Source: an uncultured Clostridia bacterium (lineage in GTDB: Bacteria; Acidobacteriota; Aminicenantia; UBA2199). From it: a stretch of DNA of 64,000 bases. The notes under the pieces were generated by a model. The model was not told the DNA's origin, did not search any database, and worked only from the letters and a program-made list of their open reading frames with translations. Position numbers and translations under genes: made by a program. The first letter of the stretch is position 1, and the number at the start of each line of letters is the position of its first letter. Of this stretch, positions 45,366 to 56,209 are shown piece after piece. The stretch is taken from assembly GCA_964479735.1 (NCBI GenBank), contig CAYZNT010000014.1:2917-66916 (forward strand). Direction: 5' to 3'.

Positions 45366-47480
45366 GTGAAACGAGCCATCATCGGTTGTGTCCTCGCCGC
45401 CGCCCTGGCCGGCCTGCAGTTCGCCGCCGGAGCCGGCAGGCGAGCCTTCACCATCGCCGACCTCTACCGCGTCCGCGGCGTCGGCGACCTGCAGCTGTCG
45501 CCCGACGGCCGCTGGCTGCTCTTCACCGTCGGCTCCAGCGACCTGGCCCGCGGCCGCCAGAACAGCGACATCTACCGCCTGGACCTGGCCGGCGGCGATT
45601 GCCGCCCGCTGACCTTCACGGAAAAATCCGAGACCAGCCCGTGCTGGTCCGCCGACGGCCGGACGGTCTACTTCCTGTCGGACCGGGACGGGGAGACCCA
45701 GCTCTACGCCATGGCCGCCGGCGGCGGCGAGGCGCGCCGGCTGACGTCGTTCCCTCCCGGGGTCGCCGACCCGCTGCCGATACCGGGCGGGAAGGAGGTG
45801 CTCTTCAGCGCCGCCGTCTTCCCGGAGCACGGCGCCGACGGGGAGGCCCAGCGCCGGGCGGCCGACCAGCTCGCCAAGGGGCCGGTTCAAGCCCACCTGG
45901 CCGACGCGCTCCTCTACCGACACTGGACGGCCTACCGCGACTTCCGCGCCAGCCACCTCTTCGTCGCCGACGGCGGCGGCCCGGTGCGGGCGCTCACCTC
46001 GGGGCCGACCGACTTCCCGGCCTACAACCATGGCCTCGGCCGCGGGTACGATGTCGCCCCCGACGGCGGTGAAATCTGCGTGGTGGCCGACGTCTCCTCC
46101 GACGCCGCCCACTCGACCAACGGGGATCTCTGGCTCGTCGATCCCGCCGGGCGGCGGGAGCCGCGCAACATCACCGCCGCCAACCCGGCCTTCGACGGCG
46201 ACCCGCAGTATTCGCCCGACGGCCGCTGGATCGCCTTCCGCACCCAGAAAGTCCCGGGGTACGAGGCCGACCGTTTCCGGCTGGCGCTCTACGAGCGGTC
46301 CAGCGGCCGGGTCCGGGTCCTGACCGAGGCGCTGGACAACTGGGTCGACCGCTTCCAGTGGGCGCCCGATTCGCGCTCCATCTACTTCCTGCTGCAGGAG
46401 CGGGGCCGCACGCCGCTGTACCGCCTGCGACTGCATGCGGGCGATGCCGAGAAGGTTCTGGAGTGCGCCACCATCCGGGAGTTCCGGCTTCTGCCGGACG
46501 GCTCCGGGGCGGTGCTGGTGCGTACCGCCGTGCACGAGCCGGCGGAAGTCTACTCCTACCGTTTCTCGTCCCGGCGCCTGCAGCGGATGACGTTTCTCAA
46601 CCAGGAGCTGGAGCGGGAGGTCGACCTGCGCCCGGCCGAGGAGGCGTGGGTGACCGGGGCCGGCGGCGACCGCGTGCACCTCTTCCTGGTCAAGCCGCAC
46701 GGCTTCGACCCCGCGCGGAAGTACCCGCTCATCCTCAACATCCACGGCGGGCCGCAGATGCAGTGGGCCGACGCCCTGCGCGGCGACTGGCAGGTCTACC
46801 CGGGCGCCGGCTACGTGGTGGCCTTCGCCAACCCCCACGGTTCGACCGGATACGGACAGGCGTTCACCGAGGCCATCTCCGGCGACTGGGACGGCCAGGT
46901 GATGGAGGACCTGCGCCGGGTGAGCGACTACCTGGCCGGACTGCCCTACGTGGACCCGGAGCGCATGGGGGCGATGGGCTGGTCGTGGGGCGGCTACGCG
47001 GTCATGTGGCTGGAGGGCCAACCGCACCGCTTCAAGGCCCTGGCGGCGATGATGGGGGTCTACGACCTTCCCGGCATGCACGGCGCCACCGAAGAGCTAT
47101 GGTTCCCGGAGTGGGACCTGAGGGGCACCCCCTGGACCAACCCCGAGGGGTACGCGAAGCCGTCGCCCTCGAACTACGTGAAGAACTTCAAGACCCCGTG
47201 CCTGGTCATCACCGGGGAGAGGGACTACCGCGTGCCCTACACCCAGAGCCTGCACTTCTTCACCGGCCTGCAGATGATGGGCGTGCCCTCCCGGCTCATC
47301 GTCTTCAGCAACGACGGGCACTGGCCCAGCAACGTGAAGTCGATGCCGGTCTACTACAACGCCCACCTGGAGTGGTTCCACCGCTTCCTGGGCGGCGCCG
47401 CGGCGCCCTGGGACACCGAGAAGATGATCCGCAACGACCCCACGGTCTACGGTCCGGCGCCGGCGGGGGAAAAGAAATGA
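45366..47480 (+). CDS. S9 family serine peptidase (prolyl oligopeptidase/dipeptidyl aminopeptidase-like) with an N-terminal beta-propeller
   Basis: The signal peptide is followed by TolB-like propeller repeats. The catalytic motif is GWSWGG, with a C-terminal Asp/His triad region (DYRVP, DGHW). 704 aa. Confidence 0.8.
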   Translation: MKRAIIGCVLAAALAGLQFAAGAGRRAFTIADLYRVRGVGDLQLSPDGRWLLFTVGSSDLARGRQNSDIYRLDLAGGDCRPLTFTEKSETSPCWSADGRTVYFLSDRDGETQLYAMAAGGGEARRLTSFPPGVADPLPIPGGKEVLFSAAVFPEHGADGEAQRRAADQLAKGPVQAHLADALLYRHWTAYRDFRASHLFVADGGGPVRALTSGPTDFPAYNHGLGRGYDVAPDGGEICVVADVSSDAAHSTNGDLWLVDPAGRREPRNITAANPAFDGDPQYSPDGRWIAFRTQKVPGYEADRFRLALYERSSGRVRVLTEALDNWVDRFQWAPDSRSIYFLLQERGRTPLYRLRLHAGDAEKVLECATIREFRLLPDGSGAVLVRTAVHEPAEVYSYRFSSRRLQRMTFLNQELEREVDLRPAEEAWVTGAGGDRVHLFLVKPHGFDPARKYPLILNIHGGPQMQWADALRGDWQVYPGAGYVVAFANPHGSTGYGQAFTEAISGDWDGQVMEDLRRVSDYLAGLPYVDPERMGAMGWSWGGYAVMWLEGQPHRFKALAAMMGVYDLPGMHGATEELWFPEWDLRGTPWTNPEGYAKPSPSNYVKNFKTPCLVITGERDYRVPYTQSLHFFTGLQMMGVPSRLIVFSNDGHWPSNVKSMPVYYNAHLEWFHRFLGGAAAPWDTEKMIRNDPTVYGPAPAGEKK

Positions 47481-47567
47481 CGGATTCCGGTTGTGCGGGG
47501 AGCGACTCCATGAACGGAGCAAACCGGACGAGAGAGCCTCGACGACCGGCAGGACCAGGTGCCCCGG

Positions 47568-49070
47568 TCAGGAGGTCTGTCCGGAGACCCCATCGGCCCG
47601 GCGCCGCTTGCGCTCCCAGTAGAGGTAGCCGGGGATGCCGGCGGCCACCAGGGCGATGGCGAAGAGCGAGTTGATCAGGGGGGCCCGCCCGGCCAGGTAG
47701 TTCTGCACGTCGGAGTAGATGGTGAAGACCACGTAGACCATCGAGAAGAGGATGAACAGGACCGGCACCACCGGGTAGCCCCAGACCCGGTAGGGCCGCT
47801 CGGCGTCGGGCATCTTCCGGCGCAGCACGATCACCGCCAGGGCGGCGGCGGCGTAGAAGATCCAGGAGACCAGGATCAGCATGTCGGTCAGCTGGTCGAA
47901 GGTCCCGGACAGGATCAGCACCGCGGTCCAGAATCCCTGGGCCCAGAGCGATTTTCCCGGGGTGAGGAAGCGGGGGTGGACGTCCTTGAGCCGGGAGAAG
48001 AAGTGGCCGTCCTTGGACATGGCGTAGGTGACGCGCGCCGAGAGCATGATGGTGCCGTTGACCGTGCCGAACGTGGAGATCATGATGGCCAGGGCGATGA
48101 GCGCGCCGCCGCCGTTGCGCCAGATGCGGCTGGCCACGTCGGTGGCCACCAGGTAGGACTGTCCGGAGGAGTCGGCCGCCACGTACTTGGCGGCCATCTC
48201 CCCGGCGGGGATGACGTAGAAATAGGCCAGGTTCATCAGCAGGTAGACGACGATGTAGATGACCGAGGCGATGGCCAGCGCCCGGGGCAGGTTGCGCTGC
48301 GCCTGCTTGATCTCTCCCGCGATGTAGGTGACGTTGATCCAGCCGTCGTAGGCCCAGAAGGCCCCGGACATGGCGATGATGAAGGCCAGGAACACGGAGG
48401 TGTGGTTGGCGGTGAGCGGCGAGGTGCTGTGCAGGAAATTTTCCGGGCTGCCCCCGCCCAGGGTCAGGGCGAAGACCACGATCAGGCCGATGGCCGCCAG
48501 CTTCAGGGCGGTGAAAAGCACCTGCACCGCGCCGCCCAGCCTCACCCCGAGCCAGTTGACGAGGGTGAGCGAAAGGACCAGGGCGATGGTGCAGAGCTTC
48601 AGCCCCATGAACTTGAAGGGGGTGATGTCCCCCAGGAAGGGGACGTGGAGGGCGAACGATTCCCATGCCTCGGGCAGCCGGAAGAAGCGGAAGAAGTAGC
48701 CCAGGGAGTCGGAGAAGACGTAGGCGATGGAGGCGATCGAGCCGGTCTGGATCACCACGAAGACCGCCCAGCCGTACAGGTAGCCGATCAGCCGGCCGTA
48801 GGAGCGGTTGAAATAGACGTACAGGCCGCCCGACTGGGTGAACATGCCGGATGTCTCGGCCACGCTCAGGGCGCCGAAGAGGGTCATCACCCCGGCCACC
48901 ACCCAGACCAGGAGGAGCAGCAGCGGGGAGCCGAGCTGGGAGGCCATCAAGGCCGGCTTCTTGAAGATGCCCGAGCCGATGACCGAGCCCACCGCGTAGG
49001 CGATGGCGGTGACGAGGCCGATTTGGCGGAGCAGGTCCGCCGCTTTGCCGTTGCCGGGACTGCCGTTCAT
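47568..49070 (-). CDS. APC superfamily amino acid permease
   Basis: 12 TMs and the motif GSVIGSGIFKKP, 500 aa. Confidence 0.8.
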   Translation of the reverse strand: MNGSPGNGKAADLLRQIGLVTAIAYAVGSVIGSGIFKKPALMASQLGSPLLLLLVWVVAGVMTLFGALSVAETSGMFTQSGGLYVYFNRSYGRLIGYLYGWAVFVVIQTGSIASIAYVFSDSLGYFFRFFRLPEAWESFALHVPFLGDITPFKFMGLKLCTIALVLSLTLVNWLGVRLGGAVQVLFTALKLAAIGLIVVFALTLGGGSPENFLHSTSPLTANHTSVFLAFIIAMSGAFWAYDGWINVTYIAGEIKQAQRNLPRALAIASVIYIVVYLLMNLAYFYVIPAGEMAAKYVAADSSGQSYLVATDVASRIWRNGGGALIALAIMISTFGTVNGTIMLSARVTYAMSKDGHFFSRLKDVHPRFLTPGKSLWAQGFWTAVLILSGTFDQLTDMLILVSWIFYAAAALAVIVLRRKMPDAERPYRVWGYPVVPVLFILFSMVYVVFTIYSDVQNYLAGRAPLINSLFAIALVAAGIPGYLYWERKRRRADGVSGQTS

Positions 49071-49161
49071 GCGTGCACCTCGCGGGCGATGGGAAGTTGG
49101 ATTATATCAGCCGTTGAACGAAATGCAAGCGCAACCGGTGGCGGGCCGCATCCCTCCGGGG

Positions 49162-49563
49162 TCAGCGGACGAAGCGGATGGCGATGGCCACCAGCATGCG
49201 GTCGCTGTAGACGCGAGACCAGACCTGGCTGCCCGGCTCGACGACGGGTTCACCCCAGACATCGTCGCGCACCACCAGCAGCCCGTCGGCGCCGATGCGG
49301 GCCGCCTTCCGGCGCAGGCGGCGCTCCGCCTCGGCCCGCTCCGTCCCCGGCTTCACCCGGAAGACGATCTGGGCGAAGCGCAGGTGCGGCCGCGCCGGCA
49401 GGCGACGGAACAGGGTCACCCGGCCCGGCGCGGAAACCGGGAAACCGCGCGGTGCGTCGTCGAGGTAACTCACCCGCAGGGCCGGCGCGCAGGCGATTCC
49501 GGCGACGAGGAGCGGGCCAAGGAGCGCAAACCGGGCCCGACCCGGCAACGGACTCGCGGCCAT
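49162..49563 (-). CDS. small secreted hypothetical protein
   Basis: 133 aa with the signal peptide MAASPLPGRARFALLGPLLVAGIACA. It begins 4 nt after the ggt stop, has high GC3 and is co-oriented in the operon. No recognisable motif. Confidence 0.4.
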   Translation of the reverse strand: MAASPLPGRARFALLGPLLVAGIACAPALRVSYLDDAPRGFPVSAPGRVTLFRRLPARPHLRFAQIVFRVKPGTERAEAERRLRRKAARIGADGLLVVRDDVWGEPVVEPGSQVWSRVYSDRMLVAIAIRFVR

Positions 49564-49567
49564 GGGC

Positions 49568-51292
49568 CTAGTAGCCCATGGCGCAGCCGTCCTTGCGCGA
49601 TTCGGAGGCGCCGATGAGTACTCCGCGGGCGGTGTCGATCCAGATCCCCTGGTAACCGCCGAACTCTCCGCCGGAGCGCGAAACGCGGTGGCCTCGCCCG
49701 AGCAGGCCGCGCACCACCTCGGGCACGATGCCGCTTTCCACGAACACCGTGCCGCCGTCGGTCATCACCGACCCGTCCGGCTCCGAGGAGCCGGCGTGGC
49801 GCACCCGCGGGGCGTCGCCCGCTTCCTGCACGTTCATGCCGAAGTCGATGACGTTGAGCAACACCTGCACCTGCCCCTGGGGCTGGATGTCGCCGCCCAT
49901 GACCCCGAACGAGAATTCAGGCCGGCCGTCGCGGGTGACGAAGCCGGGGATGATGGTGTGGAACGGGCGCTTGCCGCCGGCCAGGGCGTTGGCGTGGCCC
50001 TCCTGCAGGCTGAAGGAGCAACCGCGGTCCTGCAGGGTGAAGCCGAGGCCGTCGGGGCACATGCCCGAGCCGAAGCCGTAGTAGTTGCTCTGGATGAGGG
50101 AGACGGCGTTGCCCTCGCCATCGACGACGGTCATGTAGACGGTATCCGGGCTCTCCGGGGCTCCCGGCGGCTGGGTGCGCGCCGCCCGGGCGGGGTCGAG
50201 CCGCTGCAGGCGCTGGCCGGTGTAGGCGTCGGAGATGAGCGCCTGAACGGGGACTCGGGCGAAGCGCGGGTCCGCGTAGAAGCGGGCGCGGTCTTCGTAG
50301 ACGATCTTCTTCACCTCGATCAGGGTGTGCAGGTAGTCGGTCGAGTTGTGGCCCATCGCCCGCAGGTCGAAGCGCTCCAGCATCTTCAGCATCTGCAGCA
50401 CGGCCAGGCCCTGGCCGTTGGGCGGCAGCTGCCAGACGTCGTGCCCGCGGTAGCGGACGCTGACCGGCTCCACCCACTCCGGTTGGAAGCCGGCGAAATC
50501 GTTCTCCTGGAAGAAGCCTCCGACCTTCCCGGAGTAGGCGGTGATGCGCCGGGCGATCTCGCCGCGGTAGAAGGCGCGGGCGCCGCCGCGGGCGATGAGG
50601 CGGAGGGTGGCCGCCAACTGGGGGTTGCGGAACACGTCGCCCTTCTCCGGGACGCGCCCCCCCGGGGCGTACAGCTCGAGGAAGTTCCTGAACTGCGGGT
50701 CGTTCTGCCCCGCCAGGCTCTCGCAGGTTCGCCGCCAGGAGCTGGCGATGAGCTCGGAGAGGGGGAACCCCTCCTCGGCGTAACGGATGGCCGGGGCCAG
50801 CAGGTCGGCCAGCGGCAGGCGCCCGAATCGGGCGTGCAGCTCGCCCCAGCCGGCCACGCAGCCGGGGACGGTCCAAGGCATCGGCCCCAGCTGGGGCACG
50901 GACTGGAGTCCGCGGCGGCGGTACTCGGCGAGGCTGGCCGCCCGAGGCGCCGGGCCGCTGGCGTTGAGCCCGAACAGCTTGCCGGACTTCGCGTCCCAGA
51001 CCAGGGCGAAGAGGTCGCCGCCGATGCCGCTGCCGGTCGGCTCCATCAGGCCGGTGGCGGCGTTGACGGCGATGGCCGCGTCAACCGCCGACCCGCCCCG
51101 CTTCAGCACGTCGACGCCGACCTGCACCGCCAGCGGCTGGGAGGTGGCCACCATGCCGTGACGGGCGATCACCTCGGAGCGGGTGGCGGACATGCGGCCG
51201 GTCAGGCGGTCACCGCCGGGAAGCGGGGCAAAAAAAAAGAGCAGCAGCGCGGCAACCGCAGCGGCAGCCGGGGTTCGCAGGGAGCAGGCCAT
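49568..51292 (-). CDS. ggt: gamma-glutamyltransferase
   Basis: A signal peptide, the autoprocessing Thr region TTHFSVVD-like (TIIPGFVTRDG), and the GGDIQPQ motif. 574 aa. Confidence 0.85.
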   Translation of the reverse strand: MACSLRTPAAAAVAALLLFFFAPLPGGDRLTGRMSATRSEVIARHGMVATSQPLAVQVGVDVLKRGGSAVDAAIAVNAATGLMEPTGSGIGGDLFALVWDAKSGKLFGLNASGPAPRAASLAEYRRRGLQSVPQLGPMPWTVPGCVAGWGELHARFGRLPLADLLAPAIRYAEEGFPLSELIASSWRRTCESLAGQNDPQFRNFLELYAPGGRVPEKGDVFRNPQLAATLRLIARGGARAFYRGEIARRITAYSGKVGGFFQENDFAGFQPEWVEPVSVRYRGHDVWQLPPNGQGLAVLQMLKMLERFDLRAMGHNSTDYLHTLIEVKKIVYEDRARFYADPRFARVPVQALISDAYTGQRLQRLDPARAARTQPPGAPESPDTVYMTVVDGEGNAVSLIQSNYYGFGSGMCPDGLGFTLQDRGCSFSLQEGHANALAGGKRPFHTIIPGFVTRDGRPEFSFGVMGGDIQPQGQVQVLLNVIDFGMNVQEAGDAPRVRHAGSSEPDGSVMTDGGTVFVESGIVPEVVRGLLGRGHRVSRSGGEFGGYQGIWIDTARGVLIGASESRKDGCAMGY

Positions 51293-51313
51293 GGTTCACC
51301 TCGATAGGGGAAA

Positions 51314-53053
51314 TCATTCTCCGCCGCCGGCGAATTCCGGGCGGAAATCGACCGGGACGTTGCCCAGGCGGGCGAGCAGCGCGACCGCGTCCGCGTCCAT
51401 CCGGCCGTGGGCGGCGACCAGGCGGGCGGCGCGTTCGCGGTCCGCGTCCGCAACGATGGCCGACAGCTCGGCCGCCAGCTCATCCAGGGCGCCGGCCATG
51501 CGGCGGGAATCCAGATGCGCCCGGGCGGCGGCCGGGTCGATGGCCAGGGCGCCCTGCGCACGAAGGTAATTGAACTGCAGGACGCCGGCTTCGCCGTGGG
51601 GGTCGAAGCGGCCAAAGCGCATGCTGCGCAGGAGGCCGGCCAGGTAGGTGGCGTACAGGTCCTCGGCCGGCAGTGCGGGCGGAAAGGCGTTGAGCTGGTG
51701 GAGCTGCAGCTGGAGCCAGAGCCCCAGCGTGTCCGCCCGGGCCTCCTCGATCAGCGGGTACAGCTCCCGGAGGTCGCGCCCGGCCGGCGGCCCGCCGGAG
51801 GATGCCGGCTCCAGGGAGCGGGCCAGCTCGCGCAGCAGCGTGTGCTGGAAGCTGGCGGCGAACGAGACCCGGCGGAACAGGTCGGGGGCGAGCAGGCGGC
51901 GGGCGACGGGCATCTGGATGGTCCGGAACTTGGCGGTGATCACGTTGCGCAGCATGAGCTGGCGGCTGCCGAGGCGGCGGCGGACCGTCACGTCGTTGGG
52001 TAGGTCGCACGCGATGACCTGCGCCCCGGCGCGCGCATCGCCGGCACAGAACACCTCGTCGGCGACCACGACGCGCGGGGGAGGCGCCCCGGCGGGGCGG
52101 AGGGCGGGGCCGCCCGGCAGGCGGCTGGCGATCTCGGGCAGCCGGGCGGCGATTCGTTCCAGGCGGCGGCTCTCTTCGCGGTCGACGCGGGCGACGATGG
52201 CCCCGAACGCCGCCTTGGTGGCCAGCAACCGGTCCTCGTAGACTTCGGCGGGGCCGATGACCACGTCGATGTCGTGCTCACCCAGGGAGAGCCAGTCGGC
52301 GTCGCTCGGGCCGTAGTCGTTGTCGCGGAAGGCGCGGGCGCGAGAATTCAGGAATGCGCGGAGCGGGGGATGGGCCGTGAGCCCGGCCGCCTGTTCCAGA
52401 AGCGTGGCGGCGCGCGGCAGGTCGTCGCGGTAGGCGTCGGAGTAGGGGATCGCCACCAGCCGCCCCGCCCGCCTTCGGATGACGGTGTAGGGGGAGGTGA
52501 AGGCCGGCGCGTCGGCCGGGTGCTCCTGCAGGTGGGCGGCGAACTCGTCGCGGGTCATGTCGTCGGGGTAGAAGGCGGCGCCCGCCGGCTTGCTGCGGCA
52601 CACGTTGATGAACGGCGCGTTCCCGTGCAGCCGGGCGAAGGGGCCGGCGTTGGCCTGGAAGTAGGCATAGAGCGGCATGTACACCTTCGGCTCGCGGCGG
52701 ATCAGGCCCTTCAGGGCGATGCGGATCTGCTCGTTGCCGGAGTAAGCCTGCTTCAGGAAGAGGGTGTCCATGACCCGCGCCGCCCGCACGATGAAGCTCA
52801 GCGCCTGCTGTTCGGCGGCGGGCAGGTCGCCGGTGGCCACGTTCAGGGTGATCGGCGGCAGCTGCTCCAGCCGCTGGCGGACCGTGTCCAGGAGGGCGTG
52901 GTCGCGAATGGCGGAGGGAGCGGCTGCGGCGGGGGCCGGCTGGGGAGCCGGCCGCGCCGGGCGCCGCTTGCAACCGGCCGCGGGCAGCAGGAACAGCAGC
53001 GCCAGGGCCGGCCACGCGCACCAAGCCGCACGTCGGGTGGGTCGGTTTGCCAT
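51314..53053 (-). CDS. DPP III-like (M49-like) lipoprotein, probably catalytically degenerate
   Basis: The lipobox is LLPAAGC. An EEARAD motif resembles the second M49 zinc motif. The expected HExxGH position reads HTLLRE, so the zinc site is likely lost. 579 aa. Confidence 0.45.
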   Translation of the reverse strand: MANRPTRRAAWCAWPALALLFLLPAAGCKRRPARPAPQPAPAAAAPSAIRDHALLDTVRQRLEQLPPITLNVATGDLPAAEQQALSFIVRAARVMDTLFLKQAYSGNEQIRIALKGLIRREPKVYMPLYAYFQANAGPFARLHGNAPFINVCRSKPAGAAFYPDDMTRDEFAAHLQEHPADAPAFTSPYTVIRRRAGRLVAIPYSDAYRDDLPRAATLLEQAAGLTAHPPLRAFLNSRARAFRDNDYGPSDADWLSLGEHDIDVVIGPAEVYEDRLLATKAAFGAIVARVDREESRRLERIAARLPEIASRLPGGPALRPAGAPPPRVVVADEVFCAGDARAGAQVIACDLPNDVTVRRRLGSRQLMLRNVITAKFRTIQMPVARRLLAPDLFRRVSFAASFQHTLLRELARSLEPASSGGPPAGRDLRELYPLIEEARADTLGLWLQLQLHQLNAFPPALPAEDLYATYLAGLLRSMRFGRFDPHGEAGVLQFNYLRAQGALAIDPAAARAHLDSRRMAGALDELAAELSAIVADADRERAARLVAAHGRMDADAVALLARLGNVPVDFRPEFAGGGE

Positions 53054-53190
53054 GCCTTCATTCTATGGGGTCCGCCGGAGCAAGTCAAACCGCCGCGTGG
53101 GATAGCCCGCGTGGGTGAATTTGACTCCCCCCGCCGCTGTGTTATATTTCCCGTAGAAGCCGGCCGTTTCGCCGCCGGCGGGAGGGGCTC

Positions 53191-54639
53191 ATGAACCATC
53201 GATGGAAGGCGATGACCGCCGTCCTGTCTCTCGCGGTGGCTGCGCTCGTGGCCTGCGCCGTGAACCCGGTTTCCGGCAAGAAAGAGCTCATGCTGTTCTC
53301 CGAGAAGCAGGAGATCGCCATGGGCGTGGATGTCGACAAGGAGATCCATGGCCAGTTCGGCCTCTACGCCAGCTCGCGGTTGAACGACTACGTCGAGCGG
53401 GTCGGCCGCAGCCTGGTGCCCCACACCCATCGCCCCGGCCTGACCTACCACTTCGCCGTTCTCGACTCCCCGGTGGTCAACGCTTTCGCCGCTCCCGGGG
53501 GCTATATTTATGTGACCCGCGGCATTCTCGCCCTGATGAACAGCGAGGCCGAGCTGGCCGTGGTGCTGGGCCACGAGCTCGGGCACGTCAACGCCCGCCA
53601 CTCGATGAAGCGCCTGAGCGGCCAGATGCTGGCCACCATCGGCCTGGCCATCGGCAGCGTCCTGAACAAGAACGTCGCCCGCATCGCCGGCGTGGCCGGT
53701 ATCGGCTTCCAGCTGTTGTTCCTGAAATACAGCCGGGACGACGAGTACCAGGCCGACGAGCTGGGGCTCCTCTACTGCCGCCAGGCCGGCTACAACCCGC
53801 GCGAGATGGTGCGCTTCTTCTCCTCCCTGGAGCAGATGTCCGAGGAGAGCGGCGGCCACAGCCTGCCCAACTTCCTCTCCACCCACCCGTTGACCAAGAA
53901 GCGCATCGAGCGCGCCGAAAGCCTGGTCCAGCCGGGAGACGCCGCCCTGGCGCGAAACCCGGAAGCCTACTTCGGCGAGATCGACGGCCTGGTGTACGGT
54001 GAAAACCCGCGCCAGGGATTCGTCGAGGGCGGCGTGTTTTACCACCCCGACATGGCCTTCCAGCTTCTCGTCCCCGGCGGCTGGCAGGTGCAGAACACTC
54101 CCCAGCAGCTGGTGTTGGCCGAAAAGGACGGCAAGGCGGCGCTGCAGCTGCAGGCCGAGGCCAGCTCCCAGGACCTCGACGCCTACCTCGACGCCCGGGC
54201 CAAGAGCCTGGCCAACGCCACCGCCCTGGGCCGGCTGGCGATGGCCATCAACGGGCTGCAGGCGGTGCAGGCCGCCTACCGGCTGCCGCAGGAGGACGGT
54301 ACGCAGCTGATGACGCAGCTGACCTGCGTGCGCATCGGCCGCTTCGTGGTCTCCATGCTGGCGGCTGCGCCCGAGGGCCAGTTCGACGCCTTCGCCGCCG
54401 ACTTCCGCCGCAGCGTGCGCTCCTTCGCCTCGCTCACCGACCGCGACAAGCTGGCGCGCCGCTCGCTCCGGCTGCGGGTGGTTCGCGCGGGCGGCCGCGA
54501 ATCGCTCCAGGAGATGTTGCGCCGTGCCGGCGTGGCCCCGTCGCTCTGGAAGACGCTGGCCCTCTACAACGGCCGGGCGCTCGACAGCATCCCTCCTGCC
54601 GGGGAGCGCGTCAAGATGGTGGACAACGGCCAACCCTGA
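53191..54639 (+). CDS. M48 family metallopeptidase (BepA/YfgC-like) with a C-terminal TPR-like region
   Basis: The signal peptide is followed by the motif VLGHELGHV (HExxH). The promoter is TTGACT-16-TATATT at 53121-53148. 482 aa. Confidence 0.8.
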   Translation: MNHRWKAMTAVLSLAVAALVACAVNPVSGKKELMLFSEKQEIAMGVDVDKEIHGQFGLYASSRLNDYVERVGRSLVPHTHRPGLTYHFAVLDSPVVNAFAAPGGYIYVTRGILALMNSEAELAVVLGHELGHVNARHSMKRLSGQMLATIGLAIGSVLNKNVARIAGVAGIGFQLLFLKYSRDDEYQADELGLLYCRQAGYNPREMVRFFSSLEQMSEESGGHSLPNFLSTHPLTKKRIERAESLVQPGDAALARNPEAYFGEIDGLVYGENPRQGFVEGGVFYHPDMAFQLLVPGGWQVQNTPQQLVLAEKDGKAALQLQAEASSQDLDAYLDARAKSLANATALGRLAMAINGLQAVQAAYRLPQEDGTQLMTQLTCVRIGRFVVSMLAAAPEGQFDAFAADFRRSVRSFASLTDRDKLARRSLRLRVVRAGGRESLQEMLRRAGVAPSLWKTLALYNGRALDSIPPAGERVKMVDNGQP

Positions 54640-54704
54640 AGCCCCGCGCAGTTGATTTTTGACCCCCGATATGATAGCGTATCGCTTTGTTCCAAGGAGA
54701 CTGC

Positions 54705-55808
<1,104 letters not shown>

Positions 55809-55816
55809 GAGGACGC

Positions 55817-56206
55817 ATGTCTGCTGAAAACCTGAAGTTTTCCAAGGAACACGAGTGGATCATGGTTTCCGGTGACGAGGCGACGGTCGGCGTGACCGAC
55901 TACGCGCAGCACGAGCTGGGCGACATCGTGTACGTGGAGCTGCCGGCGACCGGCAAGACCGTCAAGAAAGGCGACCCCTGTGCCAACATCGAGTCGGTGA
56001 AGGCCGTGTCCGACGTGTACAGCCCGGTGGCCGGCACCGTCAGCGCCGTCAACGGCGGGCTGGCCGACCACCCCGAGCTGGTCAACCAGGCGCCCCAGGG
56101 CGACGGCTGGCTGTTCCGGATCAAGATGTCCCACCCCGCCGACCTCGACGAGCTGATGGACAAGGCGAAGTACGACGAGTACCTGAAGGGCATTGCCGGG
56201 GAGTGA
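55817..56206 (+). CDS. gcvH: glycine cleavage system H protein (lipoyl carrier)
   Basis: The lipoyl-lysine motif ESVKAVSDVYSP, 129 aa. Confidence 0.9.
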   Translation: MSAENLKFSKEHEWIMVSGDEATVGVTDYAQHELGDIVYVELPATGKTVKKGDPCANIESVKAVSDVYSPVAGTVSAVNGGLADHPELVNQAPQGDGWLFRIKMSHPADLDELMDKAKYDEYLKGIAGE

Positions 56207-56209
56207 CCG

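Noticed and set aside
54640-54704. Glycine riboswitch upstream of gcvT
   Set aside because: The intergenic region is only ~66 nt, too short for a glycine aptamer, and it lacks tandem aptamer features.
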